From an uncultured cyanobacterium (GTDB lineage: Bacteria; Cyanobacteriota; Cyanobacteriia; Cyanobacteriales; Cyanobacteriaceae), in contig CAVQBA010000007.1 of the NCBI GenBank assembly GCA_963710605.1, positions 384,001 through 448,000 on the forward strand: a stretch of DNA of 64,000 nucleotides, read 5' to 3'. A program made the translations under genes and the position numbers. The notes beneath the pieces were generated by a model, which worked only from the letters and a program-made list of their open reading frames with translations, ran no database searches and was not told the origin of the DNA. The stretch's first letter is position 1, and each line of letters opens with the position of its first letter. This document shows positions 1-11,166 of this stretch, piece after piece.

Positions 1-479
1 CAATCGTTACTAGTCGTTATTTCATTAATCAGGTTTTAGAGACTATTGATATTGAATCAACTAGAGTAATACCGATTGATATTTATGATTATAAGGAAGA
101 GTTAGAGATAGTTAAAAATTTACCTCTTCATTCTTACGTTGGGATTGTTAGTTTGAGTGCAGGTGTTTTGAGAGTTGCCGAAATGTTAGTGCATAGTCTT
201 CGAGGTGACGATATTACTGTTATAACAGCTCAAGCGAACGATCGACGTAAACTTAATAATTTAGTTAGAAGTGCTTATACAATTATATGCGATCCTAATA
301 GTTATGCGATCGTAAAAAAAACTTGGCACTCTTTGCAAAGTGAAATGATTCGCCCGCCAAAAATCATCTGTAGTAATAGTTATGTTGGTGAAAAATCGAT
401 CGAACTTTTAAAACAAGAATTAGGTATTGGCGAGAAAATAAAAGTTAACGGTGAAAATACTTCCATAAAATCAAAATAG
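1..479 (+). CDS. plmA: GntR-family transcriptional regulator PlmA, 5'-truncated by the window edge
   Basis: Frame is open from position 3 (IVTSRYFINQ...RVIPIDIYDYKEELE...GIVSLSAGVLRVAEMLVHSLRGDD), matching the conserved C-terminal half of cyanobacterial PlmA. Confidence 0.8.
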   Translation, partial: IVTSRYFINQVLETIDIESTRVIPIDIYDYKEELEIVKNLPLHSYVGIVSLSAGVLRVAEMLVHSLRGDDITVITAQANDRRKLNNLVRSAYTIICDPNSYAIVKKTWHSLQSEMIRPPKIICSNSYVGEKSIELLKQELGIGEKIKVNGENTSIKSK

Positions 480-525
480 AAACTGAAAATTAAGAATCAA
501 ACCTAAAAAAGGAGATGACTATTAG

Positions 526-1644
526 ATGCAAATACAGGGGAAACACCATCATACTATTTGGCTAAAATATGATGACGATCTTATCATACAAGTATTCGAT
601 CAACGCTATTTTCCCCATCAAATTTCTGTTTTCAATATTACTAATTCTGATGAAGCCGCTTTTGCAATTAAAGAGATGGTAGTCAGAGGTGCACCTTTAA
701 TTGGTGTTACTGCCGCCTATGGTATGTATTTGGGTTGCATTGAAGCTATTGAGTCGGATAACGCCGATCGATATATTATAGAAGTAGCCACAAAACTAAA
801 CAATACTCGCCCCACTGCTGTCAATTTAGCTTGGGCAACCCAGATAATGCTCGAAGCCATTAACTCAACATCAAATTGGCAAGAGAAAATCAAAATAGCC
901 AAGCAAAAAGCAGAGCAAATTAAACAAGAAGATATTGATATTTGCTACCAAATTGGTCAACATGGATTAAAACTAATCAAACAAATTGCCGAGGAAAAAA
1001 AGGGCGAAACAGTCAATATTCTTACTCATTGTAATGCAGGTTGGTTAGCCACGATCGATTGGGGTACAGCCACATCACCTATTTATCAAGCCCATCAAGC
1101 AGGAATTAAAATTCACGTTTGGGTAGATGAAACTCGCCCTCGTAATCAAGGGGCAAACCTAACAGCTTTTGAATTAAATGAGCAAGGTATTCCTCATACA
1201 TTAATTACGGATAATACTGGTGGACATTTGATGCAACATCAGATGGTTGATATAGTAATTGTAGGTACAGATAGAACGACTCGTAATGGCGATGTAGCTA
1301 ATAAAATTGGTACTTATCTCAAAGCACTCGCCGCCCATGATAATAATATCCCTTTTTATGTTGCTCTTCCTTCCTCTACTTTGGATTGCTCAATTGCTGA
1401 TGGCGTTAAAGAAATTCCCATTGAAACTAGAGATGAAAAAGAAGTTAAATATATTCAAGGGTTAGAAAATGGTGAGATTAAATCAGTTTTAATTTGCCCT
1501 AAAACTACCCCTGCCCTCAATTATGGTTTTGATGTTACTCCTGCTAAATATGTAACTGCTTTGATCACAGAACGGGGAATTTGTCAAGCAAATAAAAAGA
1601 GTATTCGTCAATTATTCCCTGAAAAATTTAATGATGAAGATTAA
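526..1644 (+). CDS. mtnA: S-methyl-5-thioribose-1-phosphate isomerase
   Basis: Motifs MVVRGAPLIG, TRPTAVNL, ILTHCNAGWLA, VDETRPRNQGA, GDVANKIGTY, FDVTPA; AGGAGA RBS upstream. Confidence 0.95.
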   Translation: MQIQGKHHHTIWLKYDDDLIIQVFDQRYFPHQISVFNITNSDEAAFAIKEMVVRGAPLIGVTAAYGMYLGCIEAIESDNADRYIIEVATKLNNTRPTAVNLAWATQIMLEAINSTSNWQEKIKIAKQKAEQIKQEDIDICYQIGQHGLKLIKQIAEEKKGETVNILTHCNAGWLATIDWGTATSPIYQAHQAGIKIHVWVDETRPRNQGANLTAFELNEQGIPHTLITDNTGGHLMQHQMVDIVIVGTDRTTRNGDVANKIGTYLKALAAHDNNIPFYVALPSSTLDCSIADGVKEIPIETRDEKEVKYIQGLENGEIKSVLICPKTTPALNYGFDVTPAKYVTALITERGICQANKKSIRQLFPEKFNDED

Positions 1645-1774
1645 TTAAAAGGGCAAAGTTAAAAGGGCAAAGGGCAAAGGTTATTTTCGATCGATAAAAC
1701 GATAAAATCTCCTTAAAACGATTTTAACTCAAAACGAGCAAATTTCTCTCTTTTCTCTCTTTGTCTTTTCTTTC

Positions 1775-1892
1775 TCCTCTGCGTTAAAAGTTGTTCATGG
1801 GGGAAAGCCAAGGGGCTGACACCTGAATTGATTTCAGGTGCTTGAACGCCCCGCCCAAGACCACACTTTTCGCTTCCGCGTCCTCTGCGGTT
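1775..1892. mobile_element. three-level nested small dispersed repeats
   Basis: 45-bp hairpin (1810-1854) inside AAAAGTTGTTCATGGGGGAAA..CCAAGACCACACTTTTC (empty copy on the opposite strand at 26081-26131), itself inside a CTCTGCG repeat tract (uninterrupted tract near 58412-58443). Confidence 0.75.
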
Positions 1893-1973
1893 AATAAAAC
1901 TTAGATAAATTATAAACTTAAAAAGTATATCTAGAATTAAAAAAAATACTGATAGTTTAATTTACAAATAAGG

Positions 1974-2580
1974 ATGGATAAAACTAAAAAAACGATCGAT
2001 GAAGGTTATCTAAAGTTTAATTGTAAATGGACAAAACAACCATTATCGATCCTGATTCCCGATGAGATTAAATGTTGGCGAGACAAAATGTATCGTTTAA
2101 AATTAATTGGTTATGATGATGAGCTTAATGTTGGCTATGGTAACATCAGTATTCTGCTAGAAGGAAGGATGTTAGTATCAGGTACACAAACAGGTCAATA
2201 TTTATCCGATCGACGATCGACATTTTACTGTAGTTGATGATTATAATATCGAGAAAAATTGGTTACATTGTACGGGGGAAATTAAAGCATCTTCAGAAAG
2301 TTTGACTCATTTAGCGGTATATGAAGCTAATGATTCGATTAAAGCGATTATTCATATCCATAACCAATCTCTTTGGCACAAACTGATAAATAAAGTCCCG
2401 ACAACTAATTCTAAAGTAGCTTATGGGACACCTGAAATGGCATTAGAAATAAAACGTTTATTTACTCAATCAAACGTTATTAACGATCGAATTATTGTTA
2501 TGGGTGGGCATCAAGATGGAATTATTGCTTTCGGTAATAATTTTAAACAAGCAGGAGAAACGATACTTTCTTATCTTTGA
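1974..2580 (+). pseudogene. class II aldolase/adducin family protein, frameshifted as assembled
   Basis: DEGYLKF...GYGNIS...SGTQTG then, one frame over, ...KASSESLTHLAVY...AIIHIH...YGTPEMA...MGGHQDG; removing one A at ~2197 gives a 201-aa ORF. Confidence 0.8.
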
Positions 2581-2657
2581 ATTTATTAGATGGTTTGTGT
2601 CATTATTGTCATGCAGTCAAAATTAGTAGAAAAAACAAAAATTTATAATTGTAATAT

Positions 2658-2918
2658 ATGGGTAAGTATGAAAAATTACTATCAAAAATATTAAACGGCT
2701 CATCGGACACAAATATCGATTTCTCTCAACTATGCCAATTACTAATCAAATTAGGATTTAACCAAAGAATAAAAGGCGATCATTTTATTTTTACACAAGA
2801 TAACATTGAAGAAATTATTAATATACAACCTCTCAACTCAAAAGCTAAAGCATATCAGGTTAAACAAATTAGAAATTTAGTTATCAAATATAAATTAGGA
2901 GATAAAAATGTCAATTAA
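2658..2918 (+). CDS. hicA: HicA-family toxin (type II TA)
   Basis: 86 aa basic protein with LGFNQRIKGDHFIF (G-x-H) and AKAYQVKQ; overlaps the downstream antitoxin. Confidence 0.85.
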   Translation: MGKYEKLLSKILNGSSDTNIDFSQLCQLLIKLGFNQRIKGDHFIFTQDNIEEIINIQPLNSKAKAYQVKQIRNLVIKYKLGDKNVN

Positions 2919-3120
2919 ATATGAATTAATTATTTATTGGAGCGATGAAGATAACTGTTTTATAGTAGAAGTGCCAGAATTAGCTGGATGTTTTGCAGAT
3001 GGTAAAACTTATAGTGAAGCTGTTTGCAATGCAGAAACTATCATTCAAGAATGGATTGAAACTGCAAAAGAATTAGGGCGTGATATTCCTAAACCCAAAG
3101 GGCGTTTAATATATACCTAA
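2908..3120 (+). CDS. hicB: short HicB-family antitoxin (no C-terminal DNA-binding domain)
   Basis: FIVEVPELAGCFADGKTYSEA...WIETAKELGRDIPKPKG signature. Confidence 0.9.
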   Translation: MSIKYELIIYWSDEDNCFIVEVPELAGCFADGKTYSEAVCNAETIIQEWIETAKELGRDIPKPKGRLIYT

Positions 3121-3131
3121 GAGTAGTTTAT

Positions 3132-3500
3132 CTAAATTTGATTTCCTCTATAAACATCATCTAAATACTCAAATCCTTCTTCTAGAAGTAAAATTATTTG
3201 AGGTAGTAATCTAGATACTATTGGCTGTGTTTGGGGATTTGTCGAATTCATCACAGAATGAAGATACGTTAAGAAAATTTGTATTGTTTCTCGTTCTTTT
3301 AAATATCGATCGAACTTTACATTAGAGCATCCAGGGGGCATTGTTAATAGTTCTTCATTCCAATGGGAAACAAGTTTTCTTATTGATACTAATTCATTTT
3401 GAGGAACTATTTTTGCTAACTTATCACCAATGATTCTCATACTTGACTCACGACAGTTGAGCATATACTTGCCATTCCATTGAATACTTCCTTGTGCCAT
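3132..3500 (-). CDS. hypothetical protein
   Basis: 122-aa ORF with ATG start; no recognisable motif. Confidence 0.55.
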   Translation of the reverse strand: MAQGSIQWNGKYMLNCRESSMRIIGDKLAKIVPQNELVSIRKLVSHWNEELLTMPPGCSNVKFDRYLKERETIQIFLTYLHSVMNSTNPQTQPIVSRLLPQIILLLEEGFEYLDDVYRGNQI

Positions 3501-3686
3501 TATTTTTGAAAGTTATAATTAAAATTTAAAATAACTAAATTAGTTTTTTTTGAGAAGATAGTACGATCGAGATTTTGTAGTGTTGTTGGTTGTATAGAAA
3601 CTATAAAATTTATTGTATATGAGCGATATATAAAATAAAAGTAAAATTCAATAACCAATTTTTAGCTCGGTATCGATCGTACTCTA

Positions 3687-3944
3687 TTAATTTATACCAG
3701 TAATATGCTTTAGAATTGTATCTAATTTTTGATTAATATCATCTCGAAATTTATCAAAGTCCAATGCTAGACGATCGATTTTATCCTCTAAATGATCAAT
3801 TTCTTCATACACTCGATCGAAACCTCGATTCAATTCTCTACTTGTAATTTGAGTATCTTCAAGACGTTCAATTCGGCGATTAAGACTTCTTAATTTACGA
3901 TCGATTTGATCATCTCTTTGGTTTGGCTCTTGATTTTCTACCAT
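3687..3944 (-). CDS. small coiled-coil hypothetical protein
   Basis: Heptad-rich charged 85-aa ORF ending KLDTILKHITG. Confidence 0.7.
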   Translation of the reverse strand: MVENQEPNQRDDQIDRKLRSLNRRIERLEDTQITSRELNRGFDRVYEEIDHLEDKIDRLALDFDKFRDDINQKLDTILKHITGIN

Positions 3945-4258
3945 AATATTAAAATAGATAATAACGATGGTCTATGTTTTTATTTTATATTGTTTAATGG
4001 TGCATTAAAAGTGATGCGATCGATTTACAGTAAACAAAAAACGATCGTCTATGTAATTATTAATTTAATTATTGATAATAAAATACAGCTAAGTAGTGTA
4101 TCGATCGATCGTTCTATAATTAACAAACATTACTATTATTAATTCACTATTATTAATATGGATATTTTAAGCTGTTATTTATTTTATTCTGTCATAATTA
4201 ATCCAAATCATTTGCGTACTATGGTTGCTTAATACCGTAAAGGAACAAATTATTAATT

Positions 4259-4891
4259 ATGGAGTTAAAAACAGAATCATATTTAAGTCAAAAAGAACGT
4301 TGGTCAATTCGAGGCAAAGTTATTTTGGCTCAATACGATCGTGATTCGATCGTTGTTTATCAAGCCTACCGTCCTTCGATTGGTCATTTTGCCGTCGAAA
4401 ATCAATATTTTGGTGGTGAATTCAAATTATCAAGAATGACTTGGATAAAACCCAATTTTATGTGGATGATGTATCGATCGGGTTGGGGAACGAAACCAGG
4501 GCAAGAGGTCATCTTAGCTGTTCGTATCAAACGTTTTGCTTTTGATTTAATTCTTTCTCAAGCGGTTATCTCCAAATACGATCGTGATATTTACGATAGC
4601 CAAAAAGAATGGAATCGTGCTTTGCAAAATTCTAACGTTCGTTTACAATGGGATCCAGATCATAGCCCTACAGGTGGAAAACTGCAACGTAGAGCGATTC
4701 AACTAGGGTTAAGGAATGAAGTCGCAGTTAAATATGCCCAAGAATGGATTATCGAGATTACCGATATTTCGTCATTTGTTGCCCAACAACGAGAAAATGC
4801 AATTACCAAAAATTACGATTGCCTTCTTACCCCTTATGAAGAAGTCTATCCGATCGATAATCTAGAAACAGCAAAAATAATTTATAGTTAA
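4259..4891 (+). CDS. DUF4291-type protein
   Basis: ILAQYD...VYQAY, RMTWIKPNFMWMMYRSGWG, VRLQWDPDH, RAIQLGL. Confidence 0.85.
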   Translation: MELKTESYLSQKERWSIRGKVILAQYDRDSIVVYQAYRPSIGHFAVENQYFGGEFKLSRMTWIKPNFMWMMYRSGWGTKPGQEVILAVRIKRFAFDLILSQAVISKYDRDIYDSQKEWNRALQNSNVRLQWDPDHSPTGGKLQRRAIQLGLRNEVAVKYAQEWIIEITDISSFVAQQRENAITKNYDCLLTPYEEVYPIDNLETAKIIYS

Positions 4892-4955
4892 TGATTAATA
4901 CTCCTAGCTTTTAGCTTTTAGTTTTTAACTCTTAACTCTTAACTCTTAACTAAAT

Positions 4956-5591
4956 TTACGACATATGTTCAAAAACATTTTTATAATACATCAAGTCTAA
5001 ATCAACAAAGACAGGAATTGTGTGAAAACATCTTTGGGCTAAATCCCATCGCTCTTCTCTTTTTAGCATTGTGGTTAATTTGTCTTTCATACTAATTAAA
5101 TAACGTACATCATTTGCCGCATAATTTAATTGTTCAGCCGAAAGATTTTCTATACTACCCCAATCCGAACTTTGAGCTTGTTTATCTAATTCTACTCCTT
5201 GTAATTCTCGGACCAAACTTTTCAAACCGTGACTATTAGTATAAGTACGAGCGAGTTTACTCGCTACTTTAGTACAGAAAATTGGTTGAGTATCAACATC
5301 AAAAGTATGTTTAAATTGAGCCACATCAAAACGAGCGTAGTGAAATATTTTTGTAATTGAAGGAGATTTTAAGAGTTTCTCCAAATTAGGTGCTGATACT
5401 TGCCCTTTCACAATTCTAATCGCACTTACATATCCTTGTCGATCGCAAATTTGGACTAAACAAAGTCGATCTCTTTGTGGAATCAAACCCAGAGTTTCTG
5501 TATCGATAGCCAGAGAATCTGCTTGTAAATATTGCTCTAAAGTTTCTAAAGACAAGTCTTGTTCAAAAACTTGAAATTTTTCTAATGACAT
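4956..5591 (-). CDS. rnd: ribonuclease D-like DEDD 3'-5' exonuclease
   Basis: AIDTET, RDRLCLVQI, KIFHYARFD, FCTKVASKL, QSSDWG, YAANDV. Confidence 0.9.
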   Translation of the reverse strand: MSLEKFQVFEQDLSLETLEQYLQADSLAIDTETLGLIPQRDRLCLVQICDRQGYVSAIRIVKGQVSAPNLEKLLKSPSITKIFHYARFDVAQFKHTFDVDTQPIFCTKVASKLARTYTNSHGLKSLVRELQGVELDKQAQSSDWGSIENLSAEQLNYAANDVRYLISMKDKLTTMLKREERWDLAQRCFHTIPVFVDLDLMYYKNVFEHMS

Positions 5592-5733
5592 ACAGTATCG
5601 TTATTTTTTGTAAGGTAAATTAAATCAGGAAAGGTGAACAATGAATCATCTTAAGATTCACTTTTTTTGAAGATGATTACCATTGTTACCATGAGTAAAA
5701 ATAAAAATAAAAAACAGAATTATTTTGCTTCAA

Positions 5734-6039
5734 TTATTCTTTATCAGGAGGATGAGGATGGATTTGCTCAGCTTCAGGGCAATCGTCAGAGACGTTGATT
5801 TCGCCATAGATACGAGAAACAGAAGATAATTTACGACTAACCGCCCCAATACTATCTAAGCGTACAAATTCTTCCCAAGAGCTATTTTCGTAGTCTTCTT
5901 CCATTTCGTAACGAATACTAACTACATCTCCTTCGATCGCAGTAATTGTAGCATCTTCGATCCAACGTTGTTGATCACGCAAGAATATAGATACTTCGTA
6001 ACCTTCTTTGTGCATTTGATAAATCTTGCGGTCTAACAT
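5734..6039 (-). CDS. conserved cyanobacterial protein (DUF6679-like)
   Basis: RKIYQ...IFLRDQQRWIE...SWEEFVRLDSIGAV...DCPEAEQI. Confidence 0.75.
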   Translation of the reverse strand: MLDRKIYQMHKEGYEVSIFLRDQQRWIEDATITAIEGDVVSIRYEMEEDYENSSWEEFVRLDSIGAVSRKLSSVSRIYGEINVSDDCPEAEQIHPHPPDKE

Positions 6040-6245
6040 AGATTTCTCCTTAAACTTTTAAAGTTCAAAATAAATTCTAGGATAATTGTAATTGTCAAAT
6101 TAATCAACTTGAATTTTTGATTTTTGATTTTTGATTAGGAAATATTGATAGAAGTTCTCATTGTAACTAATTTTGCCAATAACAGCTAACAATTAACAAT
6201 TAGCAATTAATAATTAACAATTATTTATCTGTTCACTATTCATTG

Positions 6246-7133
6246 TTAATCTTTTTGTTCTTCTTTAATGATATGTAAAGTATATTCGTAAACCTTAGTA
6301 GTATGTTCTAACATGGCAAAATGTCCACAGTCATCAATTTCATGGACGTTTCGTTGTCTATCACAAAAAAGTTCGTGAAAACTAGCTAAATGTTTAACAT
6401 ATTGTATTTCCATCACCGAATCTTGTTTACCAGCGATGAAATGTACTGGTTTGGACAGACGAGCAACTATTTGAGGTAAATAATGAACTTGTTCTTCTGT
6501 AGTTGATTCTAACAAAGAACCGATCGCTGCACTCGCATCCGCACCCAAAAAATCTTTGAGTCTTTGTTTACCCCAATGTCTAGCTAAAGGAAATTTAACC
6601 ATCATTCTGGCAAATACTAAATCTAATAAAGGTACATTTAATAACCAAGAAAGACGAAACTTGACTAAATTTTCTCCTGCTTTACGAAAACGATTAAATT
6701 CTTCTTGTAAATAGATACCTCCTCCTGCGTTAACACAAATTACACCTTCGACAATTTTCGGACACATATCAGCACACCATAATGCCACACTGCCACCTAA
6801 TGAATGTCCGATTAACCAAGCTTTTTCAATATTTAATTGTGTTAATAATTCTTTCAAGTCGTAACTATAATCTTCTAAAGAAAAAAGTGGCGTAGATGAG
6901 ACTAAATCTGTGGGAATTGGCTTATCTTGAGGTAATTTTGAATCGCCAAATCCTTTTAAGTCGTAAGCTAAACACGTGTATTGATTTTTGAGTAAATCAA
7001 TTAAGGGATTCCAAAATGTATGACTTAATAACCATCCATGAATAAAAACTAATACTGGTTTAGATGGATCGATTGATGAATTTTGAGTAAATTGATAATA
7101 GTGATCAACACCACGAATGGTAATTTTGTTCAT
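6246..7133 (-). CDS. alpha/beta fold hydrolase
   Basis: VFIHGWLLS, YDLKGFGDS, nucleophile elbow GHSLGG, CGHFAMLE; ATG at 7133 preferred. Confidence 0.9.
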   Translation of the reverse strand: MNKITIRGVDHYYQFTQNSSIDPSKPVLVFIHGWLLSHTFWNPLIDLLKNQYTCLAYDLKGFGDSKLPQDKPIPTDLVSSTPLFSLEDYSYDLKELLTQLNIEKAWLIGHSLGGSVALWCADMCPKIVEGVICVNAGGGIYLQEEFNRFRKAGENLVKFRLSWLLNVPLLDLVFARMMVKFPLARHWGKQRLKDFLGADASAAIGSLLESTTEEQVHYLPQIVARLSKPVHFIAGKQDSVMEIQYVKHLASFHELFCDRQRNVHEIDDCGHFAMLEHTTKVYEYTLHIIKEEQKD

Positions 7134-7658
7134 TGACAAATTCGCTTTGAATCAATCAGTTTAAACACTGAAGAAATGTACAAAAATCGAAACTAAGATA
7201 GTAAACAGTTATTCTTAAATAACAAATTAAAAATTGATTGAAAGTTAGATAATAACTGATTCTCAACGATCGCTTTTTATCAATGTGGGAAAATCACTTA
7301 GATTAACTACCATCAACTATTAATTACAATTTGTTAACTAATATCTTGATTGTGATCTTTTTTTTACTGAGCAATTGATGGTTAATAATCAAGAGCTAAT
7401 CACAAACATACTCGAAATAGATATATGCGTTATGATTTTCACAATCTATCTGCGATATCACTATAGTAGTTATTCTTATTTAATATACCTTAAATTTGCC
7501 CCTTAATCATTAATTTTTCTTATTTATCCAAACCTGAAACGAGATTAATAATCTAAAACATAATGATTAATTACTAACAAGAGATATCATTTTAATGTTC
7601 ATTAGATCAAATCGATTGTTATAATCACTATTTGAAGCTATTATTATTTTGAGAAAAA

Positions 7659-9132
7659 ATGCTGTCCTCTAAAAAATACGACTATACTTTATTACTAACT
7701 TCTTTGGGGTTAATTCTAACTAGTTTTTCACCTATACAAGCACAAGAGTTTTTCCATAATAGTCAGCAGCAAGAAAAAGATAGCTATTTTTTAGCTCAAG
7801 ATGATCTTAATATTTACAACACTAATGTTAATCCTTTACTTTTTCCCACCCAAACTGAAGAAGTAGAAATTGAAAATATTCAGGCTATTACATTAGTAGA
7901 AGCGATCGAAATTGCCTTAGAAAATAACGAAGAATTACAAGTAGCACAACTTGAGCTTGATCGCTCCGAGCAAAGTCTCAAACGCCGAATTAGCCACCCA
8001 ATTACCGACAGTTGATGGGCAAGTACAAGTAAACCAAAGAAGTGATGATAGCTTTGCTGGGGTTAATAATGATATTATCAATAGAGATAGAACGGTTTTA
8101 TCAGGACAATTAGAACTTAATTACGAAGTTTATGACGGTGGTAATCGTAATGCAAGGATAGCTAGGGCTCGTCGGCAGATTTTTTCTGATAAATTGGAAG
8201 TAGAGCGTATTGCCGAACAAATTCGTTTTCAAGCTGGTAATGCTTATTACGACTTACAAAATACTGATGCCCAAGTATCGATCGCTCAAGCGGCAATTGA
8301 TGACTTTTCTCAAACACTCAGAGACGCAAGATTACTCGAACAAGCAGGGTTAGGTACTCGTTTTGACGTTTTACAAGCCGAAGTAGATTTAGCCAATGCC
8401 CAGCAAGCTTTAACTGTCGCTATTTCTAATCAACTAAATGCCAGTAGAGCGTTAGCTGAGGTTTTAAATGTTGGTGAAAAAATTGATCTAACCGCCGCCG
8501 ACGAAATAACTGAAAATGGCGTTTGGGATTTTACTTTAGAGCAAAGTATTATTATGGCTTACAAAAATAGAGCTGAATTAGAGCAATTATTAATTCAAAG
8601 AGAAATTAATGCCGAAGATGTAGAAATTGCCTTATCTCAGAATAGACCACAAGTGAGTCTTTTTGCTAACTATAACTTTTCTAATAACCTGACTGATGAT
8701 TTTGACGTTACGGGATACGCAGATGGTTTTAATATTGGTGCTAGATTAAACTGGCGTTTATTTGATGGTGGGCAAGCTAAAGCAAGGGCAGAAGAAGAAA
8801 GAGTTAGTATTAGAATCGATGAAACTAATTTTAGTGATCAAAAAAATCAAATTCGTCTATCAGTAGAAACAGCATTCAATACTCTTAATGCGAACCAAGC
8901 AAATATAGCTACCACCGAACAAGCAGTAACAACCGCCGCTGAGAGTCTTCGTTTAGCAAGATTACGTTTCCAAGCAGGAGTTGGTACGCAAACTGATGTT
9001 ATTAATTCTCAAAGAAGTTTGACTGAAGCTCGTGGTAATTTTTTACAGGCCATTATTGGTTATAACCAGTCTTTGAATGAATTAAGACGGGCGGTGAGTA
9101 ATTTACCTGATAACAGATTATTTGATTTTTGA
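7659..9132 (+). pseudogene. TolC-family outer membrane efflux protein, frameshifted as assembled
   Basis: Signal peptide, ITLVEAIEIALENN, QAGLGTRFDVLQAEV, ARLRFQAGVGTQTDVI; one extra base at ~7980-7983 splits a 490-aa ORF. Confidence 0.85.
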
Positions 9133-9273
9133 TGACAATATTAGTCTTCACGCAAAAATAAATTTATGAGGATAATTTACCTTGTAAAAAACATTTCTTA
9201 AACTAACAAATTACGCTTATTAAAATGAACTGTTTTTTCTTGTGTCAAGTTTAATTTATTTAACGATACTTGT

Positions 9274-9300
9274 TAGCCTTGAATTTAAATTCAAGGTGGG
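9274..9300. repeat. REP-like palindrome TAGCCTTGAA-N-TTCAAGGYGG
   Basis: Related copies at 37491-37517, 45740-45765, 50435-50460 and degenerate copies at 45026 and 45870. Confidence 0.7.
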
Positions 9301-9514
9301 TATAATACTCAAACTTTTGCGATAAATATTAATGTCGCTGTCTAAATTGAAATAACTACAGGTATAGGTGATAGTAAAAATAATCTTCTTATAAGGAGCG
9401 ACTGAAGGATAAAACCCAACAACATCAACTAGGTTTTGAACAGATTTATGAATTGATAGCGATCTCAGTTACAATTAAAAGTTATAAGAATATACAAAAA
9501 AATTGTTATCTGTA

Positions 9515-10921
9515 ATGTTATTAACAGACAAAACGACAGCGGAAAAATTTATCGCCGCATCCGAATCTTCCTCTTCACCCAACCAAAGATTATTACCCCT
9601 TAGTGCGAAAGTCAATCAGCAAAACAATCTAGAAATAGGTGGTTGTGATGTCACTAAACTAGTTGAGCAATTTGGTTCGTCACTTTATATCGTTGATGAA
9701 AAAACCCTTCGTGCTTGTGCTAGTCAGTATCGTACTGCATTTGAAGAACATTACGCAGGCGAATCTCAAGTAATCTATGCTTCTAAAGCATGGAGTTGTA
9801 TGGCGATCGTCTCTATTTTAGCTACAGAAGGTATCGGTTTTGATGTTGTCTCTGGTGGTGAACTTTATACTACCTTACAAGCTCTTGAAAACAGCGGTAT
9901 TTCTACTGCTGAAATTGAAGGTAAAATTTATTTACACGGTAACAACAAATCGATCGAAGAATTAGAATTAGCGATCGATAACGATTGTAAAATTATCGTT
10001 GATAACCAATTTGAATTAGAAAACCTAGCTAGAATTACTAGTGAGAAAAATAAATCAGTTCAGGTTTTAATTCGTCTTACCCCCGGCATCGAATGTCATA
10101 CCCACGAATATATCCGTACAGGAAGTGTTGACAGTAAATTTGGTTTTAACCTGCACGAATTAGAATCAGTATTTAACTTCATTAAAGAACAAAAATTGAT
10201 TGAGTGCATTGGTTTACACGCTCATATTGGCTCACAAATCTTTGAACTTGAACCTCACCACGATTTAGCCGGAGTATTAGCTGATTGGTTTAAAAAAGCT
10301 CTTGATTTTGGCTTACCTGTCACCGAATTAAATGTTGGTGGTGGTTTAGGAATACGTTATATTGAATCTGATGATCCTCCAAGTATCACTCAATGGGTAA
10401 AAACAGTCTGTTCAGCAGTAACTAAAGCCTGCGAATCAAAAGGTTTAGCATTACCTAAATTAATATCCGAACCCGGTCGATCGATGGTAGCAACTAGTTG
10501 TGTTACCGCTTATACTGTCGGTGGACGTAAAGTAATTCCTGATGTAAGAACTTATGTTTCTGTTGATGGCGGAATGTCTGATAATCCTCGCCCAATTACT
10601 TATCAATCTCTTTACCAAGTTATTGTCGCTAACAAAATGACAGCCGAATTTACCGAAACTGTGACGATTGCTGGAAAACATTGTGAATCAGGAGATATTT
10701 TAGTCAAAAACGTAGATTTACCTCAAACTGAGGCAGGAGATATTTTAGTGATTTCAGCCACTGGTGCTTACAACTATAGTATGGCTTCTAATTATAATCG
10801 AATTGCTAGACCTGCGGCGGTATTAGTTAATGATGGAGATGCTAGTTTAATTATTCGTCGAGAAACATATCAAGACTTGATTAGACAAGATTTGTTGCCT
10901 AGTCGTTTAACCGAATCGTAA
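9515..10921 (+). CDS. lysA: diaminopimelate decarboxylase
   Basis: YASKA (PLP lysine), DVVSGGE, HGNNKS, SKFG, HIGSQ, NVGGG, EPGRS, VDGGMSDNPRP, GKHCESGD, GAYNYSMASNYN. Confidence 0.97.
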   Translation: MLLTDKTTAEKFIAASESSSSPNQRLLPLSAKVNQQNNLEIGGCDVTKLVEQFGSSLYIVDEKTLRACASQYRTAFEEHYAGESQVIYASKAWSCMAIVSILATEGIGFDVVSGGELYTTLQALENSGISTAEIEGKIYLHGNNKSIEELELAIDNDCKIIVDNQFELENLARITSEKNKSVQVLIRLTPGIECHTHEYIRTGSVDSKFGFNLHELESVFNFIKEQKLIECIGLHAHIGSQIFELEPHHDLAGVLADWFKKALDFGLPVTELNVGGGLGIRYIESDDPPSITQWVKTVCSAVTKACESKGLALPKLISEPGRSMVATSCVTAYTVGGRKVIPDVRTYVSVDGGMSDNPRPITYQSLYQVIVANKMTAEFTETVTIAGKHCESGDILVKNVDLPQTEAGDILVISATGAYNYSMASNYNRIARPAAVLVNDGDASLIIRRETYQDLIRQDLLPSRLTES

Positions 10922-11166
10922 TTAATTTAATCTCAATTTAATCTCATCAAAAGTACAAATATACTAAAGTTACTCTTAGTTATTTGAGACTAATTATTCC
11001 TGAAAAAATAGACATTTAAGCCTCTTTACTTTCATCAAAAAGTGTCAGTAAGGAGGTAGTTATTTTATACTAGTAAGAAATGATAAAATATCTGACAATA
11101 AATAGATTTAATTGTTGATTGTCAATTATAAATTTATCGATTGATTTTATTGAGTTGTTTGAGCAA

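Noticed and set aside
3906-4142. 78-aa ORF on + strand
   Set aside because: TTG start, overlaps the start of the opposite gene, composition mirrors AT-rich intergenic DNA
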